Assembly: GCA_031291875.1 (NCBI GenBank)
Contig: JARLIE010000040.1
Coordinates: 67,011 to 131,010, forward strand
Origin: Minisyncoccota bacterium
GTDB taxonomy: Bacteria > Patescibacteriota > Minisyncoccia > Phycocordibacterales > UBA2100
Length of the DNA: 64,000 nucleotides
Direction of reading: 5' to 3'
The notes beneath the pieces were generated by a model. That model ran no database searches. It worked only from the letters and a program-made list of their open reading frames with translations, and was not told the origin of the DNA. Below, piece by piece: positions 54,699 to 64,000 of this stretch (positions are counted from its first letter, which is position 1; each line of letters begins with the position of its first letter). Both the position numbers and the translations under genes were made by a program.

Positions 54699-56729
54699 AT
54701 GGGCCCAGGAGAGAATCCGGAAGACAGCCAAAAGATCGATCGCTTGCGACAAGCGATGTATTCGCGACGACTTTCCGAGCAGCTGACAGCTCGCGATCGC
54801 AGGAATTTGGAACCTTCTCAACACGTAGTCGGCGACGATTTTGTGCATTCAAGCGATCCACTTCCGCAATCAATGGTCGCGCCGAGGGGAATCGGCATCG
54901 CACGCAAAGCGCTGTGGTGGGTGCTCGCAATTGCGATTCTTTTCTTTATCGCGGCACTCGGCTTCTTTGGCTACTACTTCATCTTCGGCGGAGGGACGCT
55001 CGCGTCTTCTCCTCAAAATATCGATATTGCGGTCTCGGGACCGCCCGAAGTGCAAAGCGGCGGCATTACCGAGCTGCAAGTCATCGTGACGAATCGCAAC
55101 AATGTTCCGCTCAGCCTTTCAACGCTGATCGTCAATTTCCCGCAAGGCACACGTTCGGCGGCCAACCTCTCGCAAGATGAACCAACGCTCACGCAAGATC
55201 TCGGTACGATTGCACCCGGCGCAAGTGTTCAAGGCGAAATTCCGGCAGTCTTTTCCGGGGTCGCGGGCCAGCAGTCCGACGTGAAATTCCAATTGCAGTA
55301 CCACTTGCCGGGCTCCAACGGCGTCTTCATCGCCTCGAGCGACTACGCCATTAAGTTTGGAACATCACCGCTTTCGATCTCGGTCGATGGTAATTCGCAA
55401 ACAGTTTCGGGCCAGCCGATTCAATTCACAGTGAACGTCGCCTCAAACGCCACTCAGCCGATCCAAGGCGCGCTGCTTTCGATCTCGTATCCATTCGGCT
55501 TTTCGCTGACCTCTGCGACGCCGCCCTCGAGCGCGCCGGGTGTTTGGAACCTCGGTACGTTAAGTCCGGGGCAATCGAAATCGGTAACCGTCCAAGGGAC
55601 ACTGACCGGTTCTCCAGGCGATACGCGCACGTTTAATATCGTGACCGGTACGGGATCAACCTCCGCGGCAACCAACCTATCGACTACGCTTTCGAGCGAA
55701 AGTTATGCGATGAACATCACCAGCTCCTTCCTCGGCCTTTCAATCTCGGTCAATGGTGCTTCTTCGACAACCACCGTCGCGCCGGGCGACAGTGTCTCTG
55801 TTTCGATCAACTACACCAACAACCTGCCGACCGCGATACAAAACGCCATCATTGTCGCGAAGCTCTCCGGCGTGCAGATCGACGGCTCGACCGTACGCTC
55901 GTCCAATGGTTTCTATCGATCAAGCGATGCCTCGATGTATTGGGATCAATCGACGACCAACGGACTTTTGACCTCCATTCCGGCGGGTGGCTCTGGAACG
56001 CTTAAGTTCACCTTCACGGCGCCGACCTCGGCGATGCTCACGAACACCACGAACCCGCATCTGGTGATCTCGCTGAGTGCCGCCGGACAGCGCACCGATC
56101 AGACAGGCGCTGTAAAGAACTTGCAGGGAACAGCGCAACAGACGATTGGGATTACGAGCGGACTCGAACTTGCCGCGCAAGGTCTCTACTACGCCGATCC
56201 GTTCGGTTCGACCGGCCCCATGCCGCCGAAGGCCGGCTCGGAGACCACCTATGCGATCGTGTTTACGGTAACGAATACGACGGATCAGATCAAGAACGCG
56301 AAACTCACCGCATACCTCCCGCCGTATGTTCGGTGGCTTGGCACTTATTCTCCGGCGAGCGAAAATATCTCCGTTGATCCGGTGAGCGGAGAAGTCACCT
56401 GGAATCTCGGCACGATCGCCCCAAATTCGGGGGTCAATGGAAACCAGCCGCGCCAGGCGGCGATAGCGATCGGCTTCACCCCTTCGACGTCCCAAATCGG
56501 CTCCCAACCGGCGCTCTTGCAGCACATCGCCCTTTCGGGCCTTGATACGGGCGCAACGACGCCGGTGTCGGCCGGCAATCCCTTCGCCGCGACCAGCTCC
56601 TCGGCGGTCAATCTGAGTGTAAGCGACGTTACAACCAATCTTTCGCAGGTCTCCGAGTCTTCGAGCGGCATGAATATCGGCACTGATCCGGGTTTCACAC
56701 CTACGAGTGCTACGGTTGTCTCCCAATAG
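54699..56729 (+). CDS. large single-pass surface protein with repeated beta-rich (DUF11/CARDB-like) domains
   Basis: ATG at 54699 after AGGGGAC. Cytoplasmic N-tail, one TM (ALWWVLAIAILFFIAALGFFGYYFIF), ~600-aa extracellular region with repeated ~100-aa modules. Confidence 0.55.
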   Translation: MGPGENPEDSQKIDRLRQAMYSRRLSEQLTARDRRNLEPSQHVVGDDFVHSSDPLPQSMVAPRGIGIARKALWWVLAIAILFFIAALGFFGYYFIFGGGTLASSPQNIDIAVSGPPEVQSGGITELQVIVTNRNNVPLSLSTLIVNFPQGTRSAANLSQDEPTLTQDLGTIAPGASVQGEIPAVFSGVAGQQSDVKFQLQYHLPGSNGVFIASSDYAIKFGTSPLSISVDGNSQTVSGQPIQFTVNVASNATQPIQGALLSISYPFGFSLTSATPPSSAPGVWNLGTLSPGQSKSVTVQGTLTGSPGDTRTFNIVTGTGSTSAATNLSTTLSSESYAMNITSSFLGLSISVNGASSTTTVAPGDSVSVSINYTNNLPTAIQNAIIVAKLSGVQIDGSTVRSSNGFYRSSDASMYWDQSTTNGLLTSIPAGGSGTLKFTFTAPTSAMLTNTTNPHLVISLSAAGQRTDQTGAVKNLQGTAQQTIGITSGLELAAQGLYYADPFGSTGPMPPKAGSETTYAIVFTVTNTTDQIKNAKLTAYLPPYVRWLGTYSPASENISVDPVSGEVTWNLGTIAPNSGVNGNQPRQAAIAIGFTPSTSQIGSQPALLQHIALSGLDTGATTPVSAGNPFAATSSSAVNLSVSDVTTNLSQVSESSSGMNIGTDPGFTPTSATVVSQ

Positions 56730-56762
56730 CTGCGGCGCTTATTTTGCGCTACACTCTTTCGC

Positions 56763-58070
56763 ATGGCGGACGATAAAATGGAAAAAATAGTCTCGCTCTG
56801 CAAGCGTCGCGGCTTTATCTATCCCGGTTCGGAGATCTACGGAGGCCTTTCGGGCACCTGGGATTACGGTCCCTTGGGTATCGAGCTGAAGAAAAATATC
56901 GAAAATCTCTGGTGGCGGATGTTTGTGCAAGAGCGCGACGACATGTACGGGCTCGACGCGGCCATTTTGATGAACGCGGAGGTTTGGAAAGCGAGCGGCC
57001 ACGTTGCCGGTTTTTCCGACCCGCTCGTTGAATGCAAAAAGTGCAAACGACGGTTCCGAGCGGATCAAGTAGGGCAGAGGTGCCCGGAATGCGGCGGCGA
57101 ATTCGGCCCGGTTCGCCAATTCAATATGATGTTTAAGACGCAGGTCGGCGCCGTTCCGGAAGACGAAGCATCCATCGTGTACTTGCGCCCGGAAACGGCC
57201 GGCGGCATCTTCGTGAATTTCAAAAATGTCGTCGATTCGTTCCATCCGAAGTTGCCTTTTGGCATCGCGCAGGTAGGGAAGGCGTTTCGTAATGAAATCG
57301 CACCGCGCGATTTTACGTTCCGTTCGCGAGAATTTCAGCAAATGGAAATTGAGTATTTCGTACGCCCCGGCGAGTGGGAAGCGTCGTTTGAAATGTGGCG
57401 CCAAAACGTCCATGCCTTCAACAAAGCCGTAGGAATCCCCCAATCCGAAGTACACGAGCTCGAGGTCGCGCCGGAGGATCGCGCACACTACTCGAAGCGG
57501 ACGATTGATTTCGAGTTCGAATTTCCGTTCGGTCGCAAGGAGCTCTACGGCCTCGCGTACCGCACCGATTTCGATCTCACGGCGCACGCGAGTGCTTCGG
57601 GCAAGGATCTTTCATATCTGGACGAAGCGACAGCGGAGCGGTTCGCGCCTCATGTCATCGAGCCTTCTTTTGGTGTCGATCGCACAGTGCTCGCAGTTCT
57701 TTCTTCGGCATACCGCGAAGACGAGCTTGGCGGTGAGAAGCGAATCTATCTTGCGTTCAACAAAGCTGCTGCGCCGATCAAAGCCGCCGTATTCCCGCTG
57801 CTTAAAAACAAGCCCCAACTCGTAGCGAAAGCCCGCGAGGTATATCAACTGCTCAAAAAAGTCGAACCGCGCATCATGTGGGACGACAACGGCAACATCG
57901 GCAAACGCTACCGTCGCCAGGACGAGATTGGTACACCGTACTGCATCACCATCGACTTCGACACGCTCGGCGAAAAGCCGGAATTGATCGACACTGTCAC
58001 ACTCCGCGATCGCGATTCGGGCGAGCAGGAGCGTGTTGCGGTATCAGAGCTTGCGTCCCGCATTGCATAG
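56763..58070 (+). CDS. glyQS: glycyl-tRNA synthetase (dimeric alpha2 type)
   Basis: IVSLCKRRGFIYPGSEIYGGLSGTWDYGPLG and class II motifs. 435 aa. Confidence 0.9.
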   Translation: MADDKMEKIVSLCKRRGFIYPGSEIYGGLSGTWDYGPLGIELKKNIENLWWRMFVQERDDMYGLDAAILMNAEVWKASGHVAGFSDPLVECKKCKRRFRADQVGQRCPECGGEFGPVRQFNMMFKTQVGAVPEDEASIVYLRPETAGGIFVNFKNVVDSFHPKLPFGIAQVGKAFRNEIAPRDFTFRSREFQQMEIEYFVRPGEWEASFEMWRQNVHAFNKAVGIPQSEVHELEVAPEDRAHYSKRTIDFEFEFPFGRKELYGLAYRTDFDLTAHASASGKDLSYLDEATAERFAPHVIEPSFGVDRTVLAVLSSAYREDELGGEKRIYLAFNKAAAPIKAAVFPLLKNKPQLVAKAREVYQLLKKVEPRIMWDDNGNIGKRYRRQDEIGTPYCITIDFDTLGEKPELIDTVTLRDRDSGEQERVAVSELASRIA

Positions 58071-58074
58071 CTCT

Positions 58075-58470
58075 ATGGAACCGAAATCCGGACCAATCGT
58101 GCTCCTGGTCGACGACGACCAACTGCTTTCCAGTATCATCGCTCGCCGGTTTGCGGCTGAATCGTTTTTGGTAGAACAAGCCGGTTCGGCGGAAGAGGCG
58201 CTGCAGATGCTCCAAAAAGAGGGGAAGCCGGATCTCCTCCTGCTCGACATCCACTTGCCAGGCATGAACGGTTTCGATTTTCTGGAGAAATTGCGGGCGA
58301 CACCCGGTATGGAACACTTACCGGTTATCGTGCTTTCAAATTTCGTCGATCCCGAAGATGTCGAACGCAGCAAACAATTCGGTGTCCTGCAGCATATCCA
58401 AAAGGTAAGTATGACGCCTGCCGAAGTAGTGGAAACGGTAAAAAAGACCATCCAAGAACATCGTAAATAG
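58075..58470 (+). CDS. single-domain response regulator (CheY-like receiver)
   Basis: IVLLVDDD...LLLLDIHLPGMNGFDFLEKLR...PVIVLSN. Phospho-acceptor Asp context present. Confidence 0.75.
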   Translation: MEPKSGPIVLLVDDDQLLSSIIARRFAAESFLVEQAGSAEEALQMLQKEGKPDLLLLDIHLPGMNGFDFLEKLRATPGMEHLPVIVLSNFVDPEDVERSKQFGVLQHIQKVSMTPAEVVETVKKTIQEHRK

Positions 58471-58531
58471 GTTGCTGTCCGAGCCGCCGAGTCCTCGACG
58501 TTGAGGAATTTGAATATGCTAGGATGGCGCT

Positions 58532-59605
58532 ATGGACAAGGACACTACGATCTCCATCACCTCCGGAACGATTGTCAAAACCCTCCTCATTCTCGCGCTC
58601 GCATGGTTTCTCTATGTGATTCGCGACATTGTTCTTATCGTGCTGACGGCGGTCGTGATCGCCTCTGCCGTTGAGCCCGGGGTTGCTGCGCTGATTAAGC
58701 GAAAGTTTCCGCGCGTCGTTTCTGTTATCATCGTATACCTCACGCTCTTTACCGTCGGTTTCGTCATATTCTATTTCTTCGTTCCGACACTGCTCGCCGA
58801 TTTCGCTACGTTCGTCGTATCGCTTCCGACGTATCTAGACACCTTTACGCACGCGGGCAGTATCAATCAATACGCACAGATTCTCGGTCTTCCGGAGCCC
58901 TCAACTATCACGGCAGCCGACCTTTGGAGCGGCATAACGACCGCATTCAATTTGAATACGGCATTCGGCAACGCGCTCACGGCCGCAACGACGATTTTCG
59001 GCGGCGTCTTTTCGTTCTTCCTTATCATGATTTTTTCGTTCTACTTCGCCGTGCTCGAAACGGGGGTAGACGATTTCCTTCGCATTGTCGTTCCTCGTCA
59101 GCATTCCAAGTATGTCCTCGGGCTTTGGCGCCGTTCGCAGCATAAAATCGGCCTGTGGATGCAGGGGCAGCTGTTGCTCGGCTTCATTATGGGCATTTTG
59201 ATCTACCTGATGCTCACTGTCTTTGGTGTTCCCAACGCGCTCATTCTGGCAGTCATTGCCGCGGTTTTCGAAATCATTCCCGTCTTCGGACCGATCCTTG
59301 CGGCGGTACCGGCGATTATGATCGCGTTCGTGACCGGAGGAGTCCCGCTCGGCGTGATTACGATTTTCATCTATATCATCGCCCAGCAATTTGAAAGCCA
59401 ATTGATTTACCCGCTTGTTGTCTCTCGAGTCGTTGGCGTGCCGCCCTTGCTGGTCATTCTCGCCCTTATCGTAGGCGGTCAATTGGCAGGCTTTTTGGGC
59501 ATTATTCTTTCGGTGCCTGCCGCCGCGACCATCCAAGAGCTTGTGCGAGATATCGAAACAGGCCGTCTGGAGCGGCACGAAGAAGCCGTGGAGAAACATG
59601 CGTAG
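58532..59605 (+). CDS. AI-2E family transporter (PerM/UPF0118)
   Basis: 357 aa, 8 TM, characteristic profile. ATG 6 nt after TGCTAGGAT. Confidence 0.8.
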   Translation: MDKDTTISITSGTIVKTLLILALAWFLYVIRDIVLIVLTAVVIASAVEPGVAALIKRKFPRVVSVIIVYLTLFTVGFVIFYFFVPTLLADFATFVVSLPTYLDTFTHAGSINQYAQILGLPEPSTITAADLWSGITTAFNLNTAFGNALTAATTIFGGVFSFFLIMIFSFYFAVLETGVDDFLRIVVPRQHSKYVLGLWRRSQHKIGLWMQGQLLLGFIMGILIYLMLTVFGVPNALILAVIAAVFEIIPVFGPILAAVPAIMIAFVTGGVPLGVITIFIYIIAQQFESQLIYPLVVSRVVGVPPLLVILALIVGGQLAGFLGIILSVPAAATIQELVRDIETGRLERHEEAVEKHA

Positions 59606-59645
59606 CCTCTACAAGTGTCGTGCAACGAGCAACTATGTTTAAAAT

Positions 59646-61076
59646 ATGAGAACTTTTTACCTGACGACCACACTTCCGTATGTGAACGCCGATCCGCATA
59701 TCGGATTCGCACTTGAAATCGTGCAGGCCGATATCATCGCGCGCTATCGAAAGCTGCGGGGCGATGACGTCTTCTTCAACACCGGCACCGACGAGCACGG
59801 CCAAAAGCTCTTTGAGGCTGCTAAAAAAGCAGGGAAGACTCCGCAGGAGTACGTCGACGAGTACGCGGCAAAGTTCCGAACGCTGAAGGAGTCACTGAAC
59901 CTTTCGCCCGATCTCCATTTCATCCGAACCACCGATCCGCATCATATCGAAGCCGCGCAAGAAATTTGGCGCCGCTGCGCCGCTGCCGGCGATATCGAGA
60001 AACGAAGTTACAAAGGCCTCTACTGCGTCGGCGACGAGGCGTTCATCAAGGAGTCGGATCTTGTGAACGGCCGCTGCCCCAACCACCCCAATATGGATCC
60101 GGTTATGCTCGAAGAGGAAAATTATTTCTTTTTGCTCAGTAAGTACCAAAAGCCGCTGCTCGAATACCTTTCTCGGGAGGATGTTATTTTGCCGCAGTGG
60201 CGCAGGCAGGAGGCCATCAAGTTTGTCGAGCAAGGACTCGAAGATTTTTCGATTTCTCGCGTCAAAGAAAAGATGCCGTGGGGAATTCCTGTTCCAAACG
60301 ATGAATCGCAAGTCATGTACGTGTGGTTCGACGCGCTTACCAACTATATTTCCACACTCGGTTGGCCCGAAGACGCCGAGGGTAATTTCAAAAAATTCTG
60401 GCAGGAGGGCGAGGTCATGCAGGTGGCGGGGAAGGACCAGGTGCGATTTCAGTCAATTATGTGGCAGGCGATGCTTATGTCGGCCGGAATCAAGACTACC
60501 GATAAGGTTCTTTATCACGGTTTTATAACGAGCGGTGGGCAGAAAATGTCGAAATCACTCGGGAACGTCATCGACCCGATGAATCTCGTGCAGGAATACG
60601 GGGCCGATGCGCTGCGCTATTTTCTCGCCAGACACATTTCGGCCTTCGAGGATTCTGACTTCACGTTGGATCGTTTTGCCGAGGCGTACAACGCGGATAT
60701 GGCCAACGGCTTGGGCAATCTCGTTTCGCGGGTCATGACGCTGGCGCAGAGGAATCTCGATGGTCCTGTTGAGCTACCGGAGCTCGATTTCCCGCAGGAT
60801 TATCGCGAAGCGCTCGATCATTTTGAATTCAGTCGCGCGATGGAACTTGTCGCCGAACGCATTCATGCTGCCGATCAAAAGATCAACGCGACCGAACCCT
60901 TCAAGCTCGTGAAGACCGACCCTGAGAAGGGAAATGCGATTATTCGCGATCTCGTTATCGAGCTCGCCGTGATTCTCTACATGTTGTGGCCGATTATACC
61001 GGAGAAAGGGCATGTCATTTGGGAGGCGATCAAGACGAATACAAAGCCCGAAAACCTCTTTCCGCGCAAAGAATAA
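59646..61076 (+). CDS. metG: methionyl-tRNA synthetase, minimal form lacking the C-terminal tRNA-binding domain
   Basis: YLTTTLPYVNADPHIGFALE (the HIGH motif reads HIGF) and QKMSKSLGNVIDP (KMSKS). 476 aa. Confidence 0.85.
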   Translation: MRTFYLTTTLPYVNADPHIGFALEIVQADIIARYRKLRGDDVFFNTGTDEHGQKLFEAAKKAGKTPQEYVDEYAAKFRTLKESLNLSPDLHFIRTTDPHHIEAAQEIWRRCAAAGDIEKRSYKGLYCVGDEAFIKESDLVNGRCPNHPNMDPVMLEEENYFFLLSKYQKPLLEYLSREDVILPQWRRQEAIKFVEQGLEDFSISRVKEKMPWGIPVPNDESQVMYVWFDALTNYISTLGWPEDAEGNFKKFWQEGEVMQVAGKDQVRFQSIMWQAMLMSAGIKTTDKVLYHGFITSGGQKMSKSLGNVIDPMNLVQEYGADALRYFLARHISAFEDSDFTLDRFAEAYNADMANGLGNLVSRVMTLAQRNLDGPVELPELDFPQDYREALDHFEFSRAMELVAERIHAADQKINATEPFKLVKTDPEKGNAIIRDLVIELAVILYMLWPIIPEKGHVIWEAIKTNTKPENLFPRKE

Positions 61077-61140
61077 AAGCTTCACCGTAGAGCTTGACAG
61101 CATCATAGTAATGATGCATTATCTTGTACAGATTGTGCAT

Positions 61141-61236
61141 TGACTCATGTTTCGCCCTAGCGCAGAGCTGCTTCTATACGGCAGGTGTGCGCTACGGCGA
61201 AACGGAATACTCCGCGAGCCCGCTGGCAGCTACCCT
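61141..61236 (+). repeat. conserved structured intergenic element, copy 3 (with insertion in the first hairpin loop)
   Basis: TCATGTTTCGCC-[40-nt insert]-GGCGAAACGG...CGCGAGC...CGCTGGC. Same stem arms and downstream GCGAGC/CGCTGGC blocks as copies 1 and 2. Lies in the 5' leader of the 61269 gene. Confidence 0.5.
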
Positions 61237-61268
61237 TCGGGAGTGGCGCTTACTAGGGATGGAAACCT

Positions 61269-61961
61269 ATGAGCAACCTCACTACGCTTTCACAAGCCAA
61301 GAGGCTCCTAACTCTGGTTGATGAGGCTGATCTTGATTCAGGCGCGTTACAGACGCTCTTCAGCGGCTACCTTTCCTCGCTCTTCAAATGCGTGAAAGAA
61401 AATAATTTGCCGACTCTAACCGTGTTCCGCGAGTTTATGAATGCTCGCCGCCAGCTAATTCCCACGTGGATGCTGCTTGCAAGCGACGGTTTCGAAAGTC
61501 TCGAAACGAGATTTGTCGGTAACCTCGTTGCTAAAACGAAGCAGGCGGGTTGGCAGATGAATCATCTTCTGTCGCAGGCAGATGTCGAGGCTTGTGCGAA
61601 ACTTCCTTTCGAACCGTTTCGCGGCCAGCTCGTGAAGATCTCGGCGAGCCAGCTTGGTGTTGATCCGGACCTATTCGGTACCCACGGTTTGACCAATGAA
61701 AACGCAAAATTCTATCTGGCTCGAAAGGCCAGGGAAAGAGGATTGCGGCCGGTGAGTCTGTCGGAAACGTTGCAGCTTTGTTTGCAGTTGTCCGAAGGTG
61801 AGTGTGTGACGTTGTTTTCAACGCTCTTGATTGGAGAGCGCTCGAATAAGATCGAGCTCATTCTCATTAAGGTGGATCGCAATCCGATTGCTCCTCCGTA
61901 TCTCGCGCTCGCGCGCTACGCAGTGGCGTACAAAGACGAGTACGTATTCGCTCGAATTTGA
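61269..61961 (+). CDS. hypothetical protein
   Basis: 230-aa ORF with RBS AGGGATGG. Own promoter-like TTGACA-17-CATTAT upstream and a strong terminator downstream. No recognisable domain. Confidence 0.5.
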   Translation: MSNLTTLSQAKRLLTLVDEADLDSGALQTLFSGYLSSLFKCVKENNLPTLTVFREFMNARRQLIPTWMLLASDGFESLETRFVGNLVAKTKQAGWQMNHLLSQADVEACAKLPFEPFRGQLVKISASQLGVDPDLFGTHGLTNENAKFYLARKARERGLRPVSLSETLQLCLQLSEGECVTLFSTLLIGERSNKIELILIKVDRNPIAPPYLALARYAVAYKDEYVFARI

Positions 61962-61978
61962 TTGCACTTTTATTCTTG

Positions 61979-62010
61979 GCCCCCGCGCGAATGGCGCGGG
62001 GGCTTTCTTT
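61979..62010 (+). terminator. rho-independent terminator
   Basis: GCCCCCGCGC-gaatg-GCGCGGGGGC followed by TTTCTTT. Confidence 0.7.
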
Positions 62011-62024
62011 GCTATACTTCCGAC

Positions 62025-62837
62025 GTGAAATACTTCGACGCACATACGCATGTGAATTTCGTCGCCTACAAAGACGACACGGAAGCGACCATGAAGCGTG
62101 CTGGGGATGCCGGCGTCGGCATGAATATCGTCGGAACCCAATTTGATACCTCCAAAGCCGCCGTAGAACTTGCGCAGAGCCACGAGAACGTGTGGGCGAC
62201 TATAGGGTTGCACCCGATCCACACGGCGAAGTCTTATCATGATGAAAAAGAGCTCGGCGAGGGTGGCAAGGAGTTTACGTCGCGCGGCGAGCGATTCGAC
62301 GCGAGCGCATACAAGGAATTGGGTTCGGACCCGAAGGTGATCGCGATAGGAGAGTGCGGACTCGATTACTATCGCGCTGATCAGAGCACTAAGAACGTGC
62401 AGATCGAGAATTTCGTAGCGCAGATCGAGGTGGCCAACGACCTCAATAAGCCCTTAATGCTTCATATTCGCAGTGCCTACGAAGACGCGCTCGAAGTACT
62501 CAAGGCCCACGCCGTCGTGAGGGGAGACGTACACTTTTTTGCCGGAGATTGGTCCATTGCTAGGAAGTTCCTCGATCTTGGCTTCACGCTCTCGTTTACA
62601 GGGGTGGTCACCTTCACTCACGATTACGATGAGGTGGTCAAAAACGCCCCGCTCGACATGATCCTGAGCGAAACCGACGCCCCCTACATCACCCCGGTGC
62701 CCCACCGAGGGCAGCGCAATGAGCCGGCATACGTCGCGTATGTCGTGAAAAAGATCGCAGAAATCAGAGGCGATGCTGAAGAGCGAGTTGGCGCTCAATT
62801 GCTCGAAAATGCCAGGAGGGTCTTCGGAATTGCCTAG
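62025..62837 (+). CDS. tatD: TatD-family metal-dependent hydrolase (DNase)
   Basis: YFDAHTHVNF metal-binding start and IGECGLDYY. GTG start at 62025 sits 6 nt after TGCTATACT. The ORF-track start 61962 lies inside the upstream terminator. Confidence 0.75.
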   Translation: MKYFDAHTHVNFVAYKDDTEATMKRAGDAGVGMNIVGTQFDTSKAAVELAQSHENVWATIGLHPIHTAKSYHDEKELGEGGKEFTSRGERFDASAYKELGSDPKVIAIGECGLDYYRADQSTKNVQIENFVAQIEVANDLNKPLMLHIRSAYEDALEVLKAHAVVRGDVHFFAGDWSIARKFLDLGFTLSFTGVVTFTHDYDEVVKNAPLDMILSETDAPYITPVPHRGQRNEPAYVAYVVKKIAEIRGDAEERVGAQLLENARRVFGIA

Positions 62838-62879
62838 CGTTTGCGCGGCGAATTCGCCTGTGGTAAAGTGCCCGAACTT

Positions 62880-63395
62880 ATGGCAGAAGCTGGTATTGAG
62901 AAAACACAGGAAATCGTCTCCGACGAGCGCCTTCCGCGCGTCTATGAAGTTGGCTATCTCGTCTCTTCGACCGTAAAAGAGGAGGAAGTCGAGAAGATCG
63001 TTACCGCTATCCGCCAGCAAATCGAGAAAGAAGGCGGTTCTTTTATTGCAGAAGGAGCCCCGTCGTTGACCCGCCTCGCCTACGAAATCTCTACCCGCGA
63101 GGAGGGCAAGCGCGTCGACCACGACCGCGCATCGTTCGGCTGGATCAAATTTGAAGCTCCGAGCTCTGCCGCGCAGGCCCTCGATGAATCGCTCAAAGCC
63201 AACAATTCCATCATCCGGTACATCGTATTCCGCACCGTTCGCGAAGAGACACGCGCTCACCTCAAGGCCCCGCAGTTGCGCGAAGTGCGTCGCACCGACA
63301 CGATCAAGACGACGGCCAAGCGTCCGGAAGAGCCGGCTGCGCCGGTCTCTGAAGCTGATCTCGACAAGGCTCTGGAAGATCTCACGCAGGAATAA
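62880..63395 (+). CDS. rpsF: 30S ribosomal protein S6 with acidic/charged C-terminal extension
   Basis: YEVGYLVSSTVKEEEVEKIVTAIRQQIEKEGGSF...RLAYEI...RYIVFRT. ATG 10 nt after TGGTAAAGT. Confidence 0.8.
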   Translation: MAEAGIEKTQEIVSDERLPRVYEVGYLVSSTVKEEEVEKIVTAIRQQIEKEGGSFIAEGAPSLTRLAYEISTREEGKRVDHDRASFGWIKFEAPSSAAQALDESLKANNSIIRYIVFRTVREETRAHLKAPQLREVRRTDTIKTTAKRPEEPAAPVSEADLDKALEDLTQE

Positions 63396-63397
63396 CT

Positions 63398-63847
63398 ATG
63401 TATCTCAACAAGGCGATGATTTTCGGCAATCTGACGCGTGACCCCGAAATACGGGCGCTTCCCAGTGGCATGAACGTTTGCAGCTTCTCGGTAGCGACCA
63501 ACCGCACCTTTAAGGACCGCGATGGCAAGAAGCAGGAGCAAACCGACTTCCACAACGTCGTCGTCTTTGGTCGCCAGGCAGACACCGTCTCGCAGTATTT
63601 GAAAAAGGGTTCTTCTGCGTTCGTCGAAGGTCGCATGCAGACTCGTAGCTGGGAGGGGAAAGACGGCGAGAAGAAGTACCGAACGGAGATCGTCGCCGAT
63701 CGTGTTCAGTTCGGTCCTCGCGCTTCTGGCTCAACAGGCGGTGGTCACAGCAGCAGTAGCGACGAACAGCCGATGGACGATATGGGCGCAGGCGCCGGTA
63801 TCGATTATCCGAAGGACGATATCAACCCGGATGACATTCCGTTTTAA
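63398..63847 (+). CDS. ssb: single-stranded DNA-binding protein
   Basis: NKAMIFGNLTRDPEIRALPSGMNVCSFSVATNRTFKDRDGKKQEQTDFHNVVVFGRQA...FVEGRMQTRSWE and acidic C-terminal tail DDIPF. Confidence 0.9.
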   Translation: MYLNKAMIFGNLTRDPEIRALPSGMNVCSFSVATNRTFKDRDGKKQEQTDFHNVVVFGRQADTVSQYLKKGSSAFVEGRMQTRSWEGKDGEKKYRTEIVADRVQFGPRASGSTGGGHSSSSDEQPMDDMGAGAGIDYPKDDINPDDIPF

Positions 63848-63857
63848 ATCATAATGT

Positions 63858-64000
63858 ATGAACAACATCCTCACGCAAAATGACATTCAGCAGGTAGACT
63901 ACAAAGACGTCGACCTCTTGAAGCAGTTCATCAACCCGCACGGTCGCGTCATGAGCCGCAACCGCACGAATCTCACTGCTAAGCAGCAGCGCCAGGTTGA
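63858..64000 (+). CDS. rpsR: 30S ribosomal protein S18 (5' part; runs off window end)
   Basis: [47 protein letters not shown]. Confidence 0.8.
   Translation, partial: MNNILTQNDIQQVDYKDVDLLKQFINPHGRVMSRNRTNLTAKQQRQV

Noticed and set aside
61962-62024. ORF-track start of tatD at 61962.
   Set aside because: This stretch is a perfect GC-rich hairpin plus T-tract (terminator of the preceding gene) followed by a TGCTATACT promoter box. The GTG at 62025 preserves the conserved YFDAHTH N-terminus.

Overview
This 64-kb window is a GC-rich, gene-dense bacterial chromosomal segment with most genes on the + strand. I found no rRNA, CRISPR array, transposase or integrase.

Supported content:
- Five tRNAs: Ser-TGA, Arg-TCT, Val-TAC, Leu-GAG, and His-GTG with an encoded G-1.
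- Translation and housekeeping genes: secE-nusG-rplK, rplS, rpsF-ssb-rpsR (rpsR truncated at the window end), argS, ileS, glyQS, a short metG, tmk, ruvX, recO, tatD, and a PIF1-like helicase.
- An aerobic respiration island: cydAB (bd oxidase), DoxX, and cyoABCDE (bo3-type quinol oxidase plus heme O synthase), flanked by two MarR/MFS pairs.
- A riboflavin/FAD cluster: standalone riboflavin kinase, ribE, ribH, a DMT transporter and an archaeal-type RibL FAD synthetase.
- An ECF sigma factor with a putative anti-sigma partner, and type IV pilus assembly genes pilMNO.
- An envelope cluster: two GT2 glycosyltransferases, a P-type ATPase, DedA and a PAP2_C-like protein.
- ATP-citrate lyase aclB-aclA.
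- Several large Ser/Thr/Gly-rich secreted repeat proteins.

Most notable observations:
1. aclBA is collinear with eukaryotic ACLY; together with the two terminal quinol oxidases it sits in a genome that otherwise looks reduced, with rplA absent after rplK, a short MetRS plus a standalone Trbp111, and no tRNA-Trp before secE.
2. A family of about 85-nt structured intergenic elements in three copies; two lie next to tRNA-Val and rplS, the third is the leader of a hypothetical gene.
3. A perfect 19-bp inverted copy of the tRNA-Arg 3' end.
4. A recurring extended -10 motif TGnTAnnnT, 6-10 nt upstream of many start codons and about 13-19 nt upstream of tRNA 5' ends, implying widespread leaderless or near-leaderless transcription.

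A small-genome (possibly Patescibacteria-like) lineage is an inference only.
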